The notes beneath the pieces are model-generated. The model was not told the DNA's origin. It saw only the letters and a list, made by a program, of their open reading frames with translations, and did no database searches. Made by a program: the position numbers and the translations under genes. A stretch of 64,000 bases of DNA from a virus. Taxonomy: Duplodnaviria > Caudoviricetes. The stretch spans positions 64,001 through 128,000 of IMG/VR virus record IMGVR_UViG_2595698832_000001; one strand, given 5' to 3'. Within the stretch, counting starts at the first letter, position 1, and each line of letters opens with the position of its first letter. Of this stretch, positions 54,957-64,000 are shown in pieces.

Positions 54957-55811
54957 ATGGAACTAATAGACGGTTATTATATAGATTCTGACAACAATAA
55001 ATGGGATGCTGAATTATATTCTGAGGACCAAGCTAAAAAAGCTTCAGAATCTTTAGTAAATTGTAAAGACTGTGTTAATTGTTTTAACTGCGAAGATTGC
55101 TTTGGTTGTGAAGACTGTGAAAAATGTAGCGAGTGTATAGATTGCGAAAACTGCGAAGATTGCTTTGGTTGTGAAGACTGTGTCAGATGTAATGGTTGTG
55201 CTGAATGTTATGAATGTTTTGTTTGTGAAGGTTGTAAGAACTGCACAAAATGTTGTGACTGCGAAAGTTGTGATTGTTGTTATAATTGTGTCAGATGCAA
55301 AAAATGTGGAGATTGTGAAGACTGTACAGATTGTGAAGACTGTACAGATTGCGTAGAATGTTATAAATGTGAAATTTGCACAGATTGTAAAGAATGTGAA
55401 ATTTGTAAAAACTGTGCTTATTGTGAATCCTGCAGTAAATGCACAGATTGTAAAGAATGCACAGATTGTAAAGAATGTGAAATTTGTAAAAACTGTGGTA
55501 AATGTACAGATTGCATTAAATGTTTAGATTGCGCAGCTTGTCAAAATAGTAATTCATTAATTGAATGTGTCAATTGTGTAGAATGTGAAATATGCACTAA
55601 ATGCGAAAATCTTAAAGATTGTAGAATTTGTGGGAATTGTAATGACTGTGAAAACTGTAGTGAGTGTGTAGATTGTAAAAACTGTAAAAAATGTAAAGAA
55701 TGTGATTGTTGTTTGAATTGTGTTGATTGTACCGACTGCTATGGCTCAATGGATTCTAAAAAACGAGAAAATGCACGATTTAATAATTTTTTAAGTTCTA
55801 ATATATTATAA
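54957..55811 (+). CDS. Cys-rich (Cxx)n repeat protein B, paralogue of A
   Basis: Leader LIDGYY.DS.NNKWDA..Y.E.QA.K.S.SL shared with A; duplicated upstream region. Confidence 0.8.
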   Translation: MELIDGYYIDSDNNKWDAELYSEDQAKKASESLVNCKDCVNCFNCEDCFGCEDCEKCSECIDCENCEDCFGCEDCVRCNGCAECYECFVCEGCKNCTKCCDCESCDCCYNCVRCKKCGDCEDCTDCEDCTDCVECYKCEICTDCKECEICKNCAYCESCSKCTDCKECTDCKECEICKNCGKCTDCIKCLDCAACQNSNSLIECVNCVECEICTKCENLKDCRICGNCNDCENCSECVDCKNCKKCKECDCCLNCVDCTDCYGSMDSKKRENARFNNFLSSNIL

Positions 55812-55829
55812 TTATTAAAAGGAGATCAA

Positions 55830-57120
55830 ATGCAAATTATAACAGATTTTTTTAAATGAATTAAATGCTTCAAATAGTTCTAATTATAAATTAGAAGTTC
55901 TTAAAAAATATAACAATGAAATCATTAAAGAATTTCTTTCATTAGTTTATGATAAAGTCAAATATTCTTACGGAATTAAAAAAGTACCAGAATTCCAAAA
56001 TAATAATGAAACCATAGATTTCAATACAATTAAAAATACGTTCATAGCGTTGCATAATCGCGATTTTACAGGGAATAAAGCAATTAGTGTTGTTCAGTCA
56101 TTACTTAATAATAAAACTCCAGAAATAACCAGGATCATTACTTGTATTTTAGACAGAGATATTCATTCAGGTATTTCAACTAAACAAATTAACAAAGTTC
56201 ATAAAAAACTTATAACAGAATTTCCATATATGCGTTGCTCACTAATGGATAAATTTAAGAATATTAGATTTCCAGCAATGATTCAAATAAAAGCGGATGG
56301 AACTTATAGAACTTTTATTAAAAAAGGTGATAGTGTCCAAGCATTTTCAAGATCTGGTGAAAGTTATGATCACCCTAAAGTATATTCAGCATTATTGAAT
56401 CTGCCAGATGGTGCTTATATTGGTGAATTAATTTGTAATGAAGTTGAAGGTACTAATTCAACTGAAATCAGATATAAATCTAATGGTTTACTTAATAGTT
56501 TAACACCACCTGAAAATGTAACTTTTTATATGTGGGATTATTTGACTTTAGAAGAATTTGAAAATGGAAATAGTAAAACACCATATAAAGAAAGATTTGA
56601 GTTTGTTTGGAGATTAACTGAATCTTTAGAATCTAATACATTAACTGTTGTTAGAACCAGAGTTATTGATAATATAGAAGCTGCTAATGAGTATTTAAAT
56701 ACTTGGTTAAAAGAAGGTGAAGAAGGTGCTATATTAAAAAATTGTGACGCTGTATTTAAGAATGGTACTAGTACAGAACAAATAAAATTAAAACCAGAAA
56801 TAGAAGTTGAAGTTCGTTGTATTGATTTTACAGAAGGTAATGGTAAGTTTAAGGATACTTTTGGTGCTATTGTTTTTAAAACAGATGATGAATTAATTCA
56901 AGGTAAAGTTTCTGGGATTAGCGATACTGAAAGAGCTGAAATATTTAAAAATAGTTCTAAGTATTTAAATAAAGTTTTTACAGTTAAAGCAACAGCATTG
57001 ACAAAATCTGAAGATTCTGAAATATATGCTTTAATGCATCCAAGATTTAATGGATTTAGAGAAGATAAAGATTATACAGATACTTTAGATAGAGTTAAAA
57101 ATATGGGATTAAAATTTTAA
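55830..57120 (+). CDS. ATP-dependent DNA ligase, T4 gp30-like (frameshift in T tract ~55850)
   Basis: QIKADG, GEL, WDYL, EEGAILKN, KLK, HPRF..FREDK. Confidence 0.92.
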
Positions 57121-57129
57121 GAAATCAAT

Positions 57130-58329
57130 ATGAAAGTAACGGTTATTGGTAAAGGTACTGCTGGTATTTTAACAACTAAATCTTTAAGATTTAATTTCCC
57201 AGATCTTGAAATAGATTGGATATATCCAGAATCTAATAAGTTTATAGGTGTAGGAGAAGCATTAGTTCCAGCAAGTTCAAAGTTTTTAAAGACTATTGGT
57301 GTTGATAATAAAATGATTCTAAAAGATTTTAGAGGTTCAATCAAAGCAGGTCTTAAAATGATTGGATGGGCTGATAAAACATTTAATTTACCTTTTGATA
57401 ATTCAGTTTTATTAAATAGATATATGAATAAAGATTTATTTCCAGAAAATTTTATAAATTTTGAAAATGTTAGTCACCACTTCAATACATTTTCTTTGCA
57501 AAATTTATATGTAGAAAATATTAATAATATTAATAAAACTGTTACTTCGTTTAAAGATATTGATAGTGATTTAATTGTAGATTGTAGAGGTTTTCAAGAT
57601 TCTGATGATTTTATTGAACCCGGTATACTTAAAAATAATATAGCATTAACAACTAGAATACCAGTTCAAAATTTTTTAAATCCATATTCATCGTTTTTTG
57701 CTAGGGATTTTGGCTGGTGTTGGACTATACCGTTACAAGATTATATAAGTATCGGTTATGTCACAAATGATAGCTTTATTAATCAAGCATCTGAAGATTT
57801 AAAGAAGCATTTACAAGAAAATTTTAAAACTGATTTAAAAGATTATAATACTATTAAATTCAAAACAGGTTATAAGAAGCAACAAATAGCTAAAATTGAG
57901 GGTCATAATGTATTTTCAGTAGGTTTAAATGCTGCATTTGTCGAACCATTGCAATCAACTGGGTTGTGGCTAGCAAGCCAGCAAATACAAGAATTGATTA
58001 ATTATATTAAAAATGGTGATACTAACTGGAATCAAAGATTTGAAGATATGTATAATAGAGTATATCAATTTATTTTAAATCATTTTATATTATGTAAAAA
58101 ATCTAACGAATATTGGGATTACTATAAAAATTTTAATTTTAAAGATTCTTTGTTTACCGGTTCTAATGGAAATAACGTTTTTGATGGTGAATTTGAAAAT
58201 TTTTTATATGATAGTTTTCAAGGCAAATCTGTTAAATATAATATAGATAAAAATATAGTGGGGGGGAAGGCGGCTCTTACTAAATTAAAGAAATTTGATG
58301 AATTATTAAGGGATTATTTAAGCAAATGA
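57130..58329 (+). CDS. Tryptophan halogenase-like flavin-dependent enzyme
   Basis: IGKGTAG, IGVGEA, IKAG, VDCRGF, GWCWTIP (WxWxIP), AFVEPLQSTGL. Confidence 0.85.
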   Translation: MKVTVIGKGTAGILTTKSLRFNFPDLEIDWIYPESNKFIGVGEALVPASSKFLKTIGVDNKMILKDFRGSIKAGLKMIGWADKTFNLPFDNSVLLNRYMNKDLFPENFINFENVSHHFNTFSLQNLYVENINNINKTVTSFKDIDSDLIVDCRGFQDSDDFIEPGILKNNIALTTRIPVQNFLNPYSSFFARDFGWCWTIPLQDYISIGYVTNDSFINQASEDLKKHLQENFKTDLKDYNTIKFKTGYKKQQIAKIEGHNVFSVGLNAAFVEPLQSTGLWLASQQIQELINYIKNGDTNWNQRFEDMYNRVYQFILNHFILCKKSNEYWDYYKNFNFKDSLFTGSNGNNVFDGEFENFLYDSFQGKSVKYNIDKNIVGGKAALTKLKKFDELLRDYLSK

Positions 58330-58828
58330 AATTCCAAGATTTAAATTTAGAAAACGCTAAGTTATTAAATCCGAAAAGATATAAAAATCCTAAATATCTT
58401 TTAAATAATAAAATATATAGACGTTTGGATGAGCCAATTGTTTTTTTATAATTAAGTATTATTTAGATGGTTTTAAAAAATACTACAATAATTTTGAATT
58501 ACATTCCGACTACATAACCAGGGATTTCACCAAGGGGTATACTTCAACCTCTGTCAAAAATATACAAAAAATTAAATCTTATTTTTTCAAATGTTTTGGT
58601 GATGGTGACATCTTCCTCTTCAGTGATTTTCTCAAAGCGTCGAATATTATTTGTAACATATGTATTGATGAAGAAACATTATGTGGTTTATTATTAAAAA
58701 GAATTAAACTTCTGGGTAGTGATATGGTTTGTCGAAAGTTAGATATTAGTGAATTTGAATTTAAAAATGCTATTGATTTATGTAGAGATTTTTTAAGTCC
58801 GCAAGAAATTATCAGGTTATATAGATAA
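58326..58828 (+). CDS. Hypothetical protein (frameshift in T tract ~58445)
   Basis: ATGA overlap with the halogenase stop; open frame continues to TAA at 58828. Confidence 0.45.
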
Positions 58829-60370
58829 CTCGCTAGCTGCTTGAATTCTAAATACAACTTCTTCAATTAAATATTTAGGTTTATAATAAACATCTACATA
58901 AATGTTATTATCCTGAGTAGGATTATTAGAAATATCACAAACTATTTTAAAATCTTCTATATTATTATCTGCAACATAACTTCTACAAATTTCTTTTATT
59001 TTTGAAGCTAAATCATTTCTTGTATATTCATCATTATTTTCAAATACATAATATAATGCAGCATTTTCACATTCTCGAACTAAATTGAAATGTATTATTC
59101 TATTTGTTAATTTAGATCCTTTTAAGGTATTTTCACTTAAAGCGTATATACCGGAATATCCTTTTTTAACAATATTAATATTTAAATCATATAAATCTTT
59201 TATTTGTGATTCTGTTAAATATATATCCAAATCTATTGTATTTAAGAAACTATAAATTGTTTTACAGTGAGATACTGATAATTCTTGTGAATTAATTAAT
59301 CTGGTTCTTAAACCAACAATATCGCCTATGCAATTAACATATATATTTTGATTATTAAATGGATTTAATTGTAATTTAGAACCATAGTAGACAACAGCAT
59401 TGTTTGAAATTTGTAATTGTTTAATATATTCTTCAGGTTTGATACCTCTAGGTATGCCTACGAAAGCGCAGCAATCACCACGAGTATCTGCTAAATTGAT
59501 AGCAGAATTTGGACTTTGTGTATTAGCAATTATAAAATCAAATATATAATCGTTAGATTCGCCTACATTTTTATATGTTTCATCTATTTGAGCTGCACTT
59601 GGTAAACTTGCGTACCCGTTACTTAATTTAAGACTATTAGAACCGTAAAAAACTGTTTTATCTGAGTTAGGTTCATTTCCATCAGCTAAGCGATTTAAGC
59701 CATCCACATAGTGTATATTACCATCATATAACTTGTATTTTTTAGGATCGAAAATAATGAATATATAATTAGAATTTTCATTAATAGTATCTACCATATC
59801 CTCAGCTTCTTTTAAGATATATTTTTCCATTAATGTATCTTTTAAGAACACACAAATACAATATTGATTTGAACTCATTGAATTTTGAATATCTTTTGCT
59901 AAATAATTGCTGTGTATTAACATATTATTAAGAACTTCATATTGTGTAAAAATACAAACTGTTAAATCATTTCCCCACTCTCCTGGGTTTCTAGCAAGGA
60001 TTCTCAAGAAATTATTTTCAGAAATTATACGTTTACTTCTAAAATCATCTAAGTTATCTATTCTGACGTCAAAGTCATTAAATGGATAGCTAATACTAGC
60101 ATTAACTGAATTTTCACCAATAGATCTCGAAATAACTATTTCATTATTATCATATAAAAAATAATTATAAATTTGAAACCAGTCATTTATATTATTTTTG
60201 TTTGGTTTACCAAATTTTGTTTTAAAATCTAATATAGAATAAACGGGTGTTAAAGTATCTGGTGAACCTTTATCGAAATATCCAGCATAGAATACTCTTC
60301 TTGGTTGCGAATAATTTGATGTTGAACTGGTATCACTATCAATAAATCTAACACTTGGGACTGGCATCAT
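58817..60370 (-). CDS. Tail sheath protein, gp18-like
   Basis: PSVRFID, AGYFDKG, FGKPN, ARNPGEWGN, RGDCCAF, LYDLNIN, FENNDEYTR, VCDISNN, YKPKYLIE. Confidence 0.88.
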   Translation of the reverse strand: MMPVPSVRFIDSDTSSTSNYSQPRRVFYAGYFDKGSPDTLTPVYSILDFKTKFGKPNKNNINDWFQIYNYFLYDNNEIVISRSIGENSVNASISYPFNDFDVRIDNLDDFRSKRIISENNFLRILARNPGEWGNDLTVCIFTQYEVLNNMLIHSNYLAKDIQNSMSSNQYCICVFLKDTLMEKYILKEAEDMVDTINENSNYIFIIFDPKKYKLYDGNIHYVDGLNRLADGNEPNSDKTVFYGSNSLKLSNGYASLPSAAQIDETYKNVGESNDYIFDFIIANTQSPNSAINLADTRGDCCAFVGIPRGIKPEEYIKQLQISNNAVVYYGSKLQLNPFNNQNIYVNCIGDIVGLRTRLINSQELSVSHCKTIYSFLNTIDLDIYLTESQIKDLYDLNINIVKKGYSGIYALSENTLKGSKLTNRIIHFNLVRECENAALYYVFENNDEYTRNDLASKIKEICRSYVADNNIEDFKIVCDISNNPTQDNNIYVDVYYKPKYLIEEVVFRIQAASELSI

Positions 60371-60478
60371 AATCCTTCATATAAAAATATATAAAATGAA
60401 TGTAACTACTAAAAGTAGTATTAATAAATCTACTATTATTAATTGTTCATATTCTTGGTCATTATGTATCAACATATT

Positions 60479-61682
60479 TTATACTTTAGTGTTTACTAAG
60501 CCAACTAGTTCAGATTCTTTAGATTCTAAAGCTATACCTATAAAATATTTTTCTTCTTTTTTGTCTTGGGTTTACACAAGCATAACCGTCATACTCAGCG
60601 TATAATTCATCACCGGCTTTTACAGAACCTTTAACAATTACTGGTGTCTGACCCTTTAAAGCTATTAACACACCTTTACAATCTTTATTAAGAATAAATC
60701 CTGGTTTATCTGAAACTACACCTAAAGGTCTATTATGTTTATAGATGTCGAAATATTCAATTTCTGAATTTTCATTAATACCTAGAACAGCTCCAACTTC
60801 AAACTCTTTATCGGTTTCGTAGACCTCAGCTAAGTCAGCGTATTTTGCTTTTAAAGCAGTTCCTATAAAATCTTGAGCATACATAGCTTTAAATTGTTGC
60901 GTTGTTGAGCCAATTGTAGATATTAAGTTTAATCCTGGTAATAATCCGGCTTCTGTGGTTAACCAAGCTTCTTTTTTACTTTTACGAGTTTGTAATTGTT
61001 TAGATTTAGAATCAACAAATACATAATCCGTTAACAAATCATCTATATTAGCAACACTTTGTTTCACTTCATCTATTAAAACGTCGACATATTTTTTAGT
61101 TGTTACGTGAGTAGGTTTAGATACTTCTAAATCTATTTTATTGTCTTGTTTAATATAGATGCCTGCGAGATAACCATCTAAGAAATCTTTAAATTGTTCT
61201 AAAGACCATTTAAGATACTTTAAGTTAATAACATCGTAATCATCGACAATAGGCCAATCTTTATCATTGTCAGTTTTAGTAGGGTAATTATCTACATCTA
61301 ACCAAGGATATAATTCATTTAAAGTGACTTTTTTCCACATATCAGAGTTAGCATCTGGATAATACCCTTGATTTTCGATATCACTAGGCAATGCTAAATA
61401 ATATGAATTTTTAATGGTTTCCACATCTGGATTATCTTCTGTTATATAAGAAACTATTTCACCTGCTTCATAAATTATGCTAGCATCCCATCTGATAGAT
61501 TCTTTTGAAGTTAATATTTTAAATTGACCGATTAATTGATTAACCTCTCTTTTGAGTTTATTAACCGACTTGTTTAGTGCGTCTGCGCTAGCTCTTTGGT
61601 TATCCATAATATTGAATTCCTGAACGAACTCTCTAAAACTAGTTAAGTTAAAATTGTAGCCTTGGTATCTAAAATCAGACAT
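60479..61682 (-). CDS. Tail fibre/spike-like protein with C-terminal intramolecular-chaperone (peptidase G2-like) domain (frameshift ~60565)
   Basis: YADLAEVY...GVVSDKPGFILN...IALKGQTPV.V.G.V.AGD; the adjacent frame ends IGIALE...VNTKV. Confidence 0.65.
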
Positions 61683-61745
61683 TAAATCTCCTGCTTATAT
61701 TTTTAGTATTTATTTTTGATCAGAGGCTTAAATAATTTAAATAGA

Positions 61746-62108
61746 TTAATTAGTATTTAAGGTTATTGTATAAGTTTCAAAGCTTGAAGTTTCTACGCCT
61801 GTAAAATTATAATTAATACTTAATATAACCCTGTTGAATTCTGGTTGTGAATAAATGTCTACACTTTGAACTTTGATTCTAGGTTCGTAAACTTTTAGAC
61901 ATCTTGTAATTTCGGTTTGCATACTATTAATAGTAATATGGTCAATCATTTCAAACAAATAAGCATATAAATTGCAACCAAATTCTGGTTTACCAGCTAA
62001 GGAACCTTTTCTAGTAGTTAATATATTAAAAATACTTTGTTCTATAGCTCGTTTATCTATAACTACATCATTCAAAGAATCATTATGAAAATCTTTATAA
62101 GTTGCCAT
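61746..62108 (-). CDS. Baseplate wedge subunit, T4 gp25-like
   Basis: AIEQSI.NILTTRKG....PEFGC.L..YLFE...YEPRI. Confidence 0.92.
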   Translation of the reverse strand: MATYKDFHNDSLNDVVIDKRAIEQSIFNILTTRKGSLAGKPEFGCNLYAYLFEMIDHITINSMQTEITRCLKVYEPRIKVQSVDIYSQPEFNRVILSINYNFTGVETSSFETYTITLNTN

Positions 62109-62183
62109 TTATATACCTATTATATTATTTTAAGGTATAAGCCGATTTAATACCGACTTATTTTTACCTTAATTTTCGCTATG

Positions 62184-62601
62184 TTAATCTTCAGACTCAG
62201 TTACTTCAACACTTAATTTAACAACTTTTTCAGAACCACCCTTAGCTGTAGCTTTTACAGTAATTTCAGAAGTTCCTTTAGTTGCAGCAGTTATAGTGAA
62301 TTTACCTGAATTTTTTTGTAACTGTAGCATTAGTATTGTTAGACTCAACTGTGAAATCACTAGCATTTGTAGTTACAGTGATATCTTTAGTCTGGCCTTT
62401 TTCAATAGTTTGTTTATCAGCTGGATTTAAAGATAAAGTAGTTTCTACTGATGGTGATTCTGGACCACTTTCTTCATTATCTGCTAAGTTTGCTTCAGTT
62501 CTTTCAGCTATGATAGCTTTAACCTCAGCTTGCGATTTTTCATAGATTGAACCATTTATGTCAACTTTAACTGGATCTGCAGTAATATGTTCTAATGCCA
62601 T
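62184..62601 (-). CDS. Small Ig-like domain virion protein (frameshift ~62315)
   Basis: ITVTTNASDFTVES.N...FTITA...GTSEITVKA beta-sandwich pattern. Confidence 0.6.
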
Positions 62602-62702
62602 AAAATACCTTTCATAATTATTAATTATTAGATATTTATTTTACATTCTAATGTTATATGTTTTTTAAAACTAACATTAAGTATATTCAAAATCTTTGAA
62701 TG

Positions 62703-63032
62703 TTATAATTTGGAATCTTTATCTTTGGGAGATATGTTATCTAATAATCTATCAATTATACTTTGTATTTTTTCATATCCAGCGAATGCTATAAAAATAG
62801 ACACACCTATTCTGCTCGAATACGTTAAATCAAAATTATCAGTTATTAAAAAAGAAGATAATGCTAAAACACCAGAAGTTGATGATGTTTTTATAAAAAG
62901 TTTAAATCTCGTTAAAAAATTGGTTTTAGATTTAGCAGCTTTATCTATATGTAAGAATTGAACAGTACCTATAACAGCACCTATAAGTAGTATAGGAAGG
63001 GAGCCAAATAACACATCGTAAATATTCAACAT
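62703..63032 (-). CDS. Putative holin
   Basis: 109 aa, three hydrophobic segments, charged C-terminus. Confidence 0.5.
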   Translation of the reverse strand: MLNIYDVLFGSLPILLIGAVIGTVQFLHIDKAAKSKTNFLTRFKLFIKTSSTSGVLALSSFLITDNFDLTYSSRIGVSIFIAFAGYEKIQSIIDRLLDNISPKDKDSKL

Positions 63033-63089
63033 TTTACTCCCTTTAAAAATTTATGTTATTTATAAACATAAATGCTGATGATCAATGGG

Positions 63090-63302
63090 TTAACCAACAT
63101 AATTAAAAAAACTAGCTATTGCATATATTAACGAAAATGTAATAACTCCCCATATAGTTCTATTACATATTTTCCAAACAGTTCTCAACGAAATGGTATA
63201 ATGTTCACCACTGGAACAATGGTATCTACCTATTAAAAACCATCTGAAAATAAACCAATAATATCTTAGTTTCTTTTTTAAACCTTCTGTGCGTTCACCC
63301 AT
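63090..63302 (-). CDS. Small membrane protein
   Basis: C-terminal TM segment. Confidence 0.5.
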   Translation of the reverse strand: MGERTEGLKKKLRYYWFIFRWFLIGRYHCSSGEHYTISLRTVWKICNRTIWGVITFSLIYAIASFFNYVG

Positions 63303-63310
63303 TTTAAACC

Positions 63311-63463
63311 TTATTTATTGTCATATTTTTCTTTTAATTCATCATATTCTTTTTTAAGAGCTTCATAAAGAGCTTCAGCTTTTTTAGAGCCGTTAACACG
63401 AATACAATAACCTATAGCAAGGCCAACAACGAATATAGCAACATAAATAGCAACACTTAACAT
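63311..63463 (-). CDS. Small N-anchored membrane protein with coiled coil
   Basis: Manually translated MLSVAIYVAIFVVGLAIGYCIRVNG...YDELKEKYDNK; AAGGA RBS. Confidence 0.55.
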   Translation of the reverse strand: MLSVAIYVAIFVVGLAIGYCIRVNGSKKAEALYEALKKEYDELKEKYDNK

Positions 63464-63552
63464 TCATAATCCTTTAATATTTTTTATTATTTATTAAACA
63501 AAAAATTGGTCATAAAAATCAAATAAATATTACAAAAAATCAGGATTTTCAA

Positions 63553-64000
63553 ATGGCTATTATAAAAGAAACATTGCCTTTTACATACGATGAAATATAC
63601 CAAGATATAGCTAAAAGATTAATTGAAAAAGGCTGGGATGGAGGAGCTTATGAAGGCTCTAATGGGGCAATCTTAGCATCTGTTTTATCTTATATTGTAA
63701 GTTCTTTGAACTTCAATACCGCAGTAAATGTTAATGAGAATGTTTTAACTTTGGCGACTAAACGTAAAAATGTTATACAAGATGCTAGGGTTTTGTCTTA
63801 TGAACCTTCTCATAAAAAATCTACAATACTCGAAATAACATTAAGTTTTACCAGAACTGGCTATTTTAAAATACCAAAATATAGCACATTTACCATAAAT
63901 GGGTTTACTTACAATTATTTAGGTGATGATTTAGAATTTAATATAGATAAAATAGGAGCTACAACTACAATACAAGTAAAAGAAGGTACATTAATTAAAA
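63553..64000 (+). CDS. Baseplate wedge protein, T4 gp6-like (truncated by window end)
   Basis: YEGSN...LSY...NENVLTLATKRKNV..ARVLSYEP...IPKYSTF. Confidence 0.85.
   Translation, partial: MAIIKETLPFTYDEIYQDIAKRLIEKGWDGGAYEGSNGAILASVLSYIVSSLNFNTAVNVNENVLTLATKRKNVIQDARVLSYEPSHKKSTILEITLSFTRTGYFKIPKYSTFTINGFTYNYLGDDLEFNIDKIGATTTIQVKEGTLIK

Noticed and set aside
55165-55356. Val/Ile-rich alternate-frame ORF
   Set aside because: Shadow of the (Cxx)n gene
58260-58266. Phase-variable poly-G tract
   Set aside because: Only G7, in frame and ~20 codons from the stop; too weak to call
1-64000. tRNA, rRNA, integrase or IS transposase genes
   Set aside because: None recognised by eye; tRNAscan-SE or Infernal would be needed to exclude them formally

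Overview
AT-rich 64 kb segment of a large T4-like myovirus. Gene content points to a Campylobacter group II (Firehammervirus/CP220-like) phage: scattered T4 core genes, QueE, several radical SAM enzymes, an intein-laden terminase, long intergenic repeat arrays and an orphan type III Mod gene. This taxonomic call is inference. The window holds virion genes (gp14, gp15, gp19, gp48, gp53, gp3, gp18, gp25, gp6, gp26-like x2, portal gp20, protease gp21, tail fibres, a tape-measure-like protein with a CHAP domain), replication genes (gp32, primase, gp44/gp62, RNase H, DNA ligase, Endo VII, a split topoisomerase II), nucleotide and sugar metabolism genes, and lysis candidates. About 20 genes are broken by single-base insertions typical of pyrosequencing error, so merged coordinates are given. 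Most notable: (1) a candidate phage-encoded RiPP-like protein-modification system made of a protein with (CDCNYCT)6 plus CxC repeats, two radical SAM/SPASM maturases, a flavin halogenase-like enzyme and two leader+(Cxx)n paralogues; (2) a large terminase carrying three inteins, the middle one an atypically split intein (36-aa N-half) interrupted by a free-standing GIY-YIG-type endonuclease gene; (3) an inverted 85/98-bp repeat array; (4) a recurring TTAAG-N11-TATAAT promoter and a palindromic ACT-NN-AGT operator.
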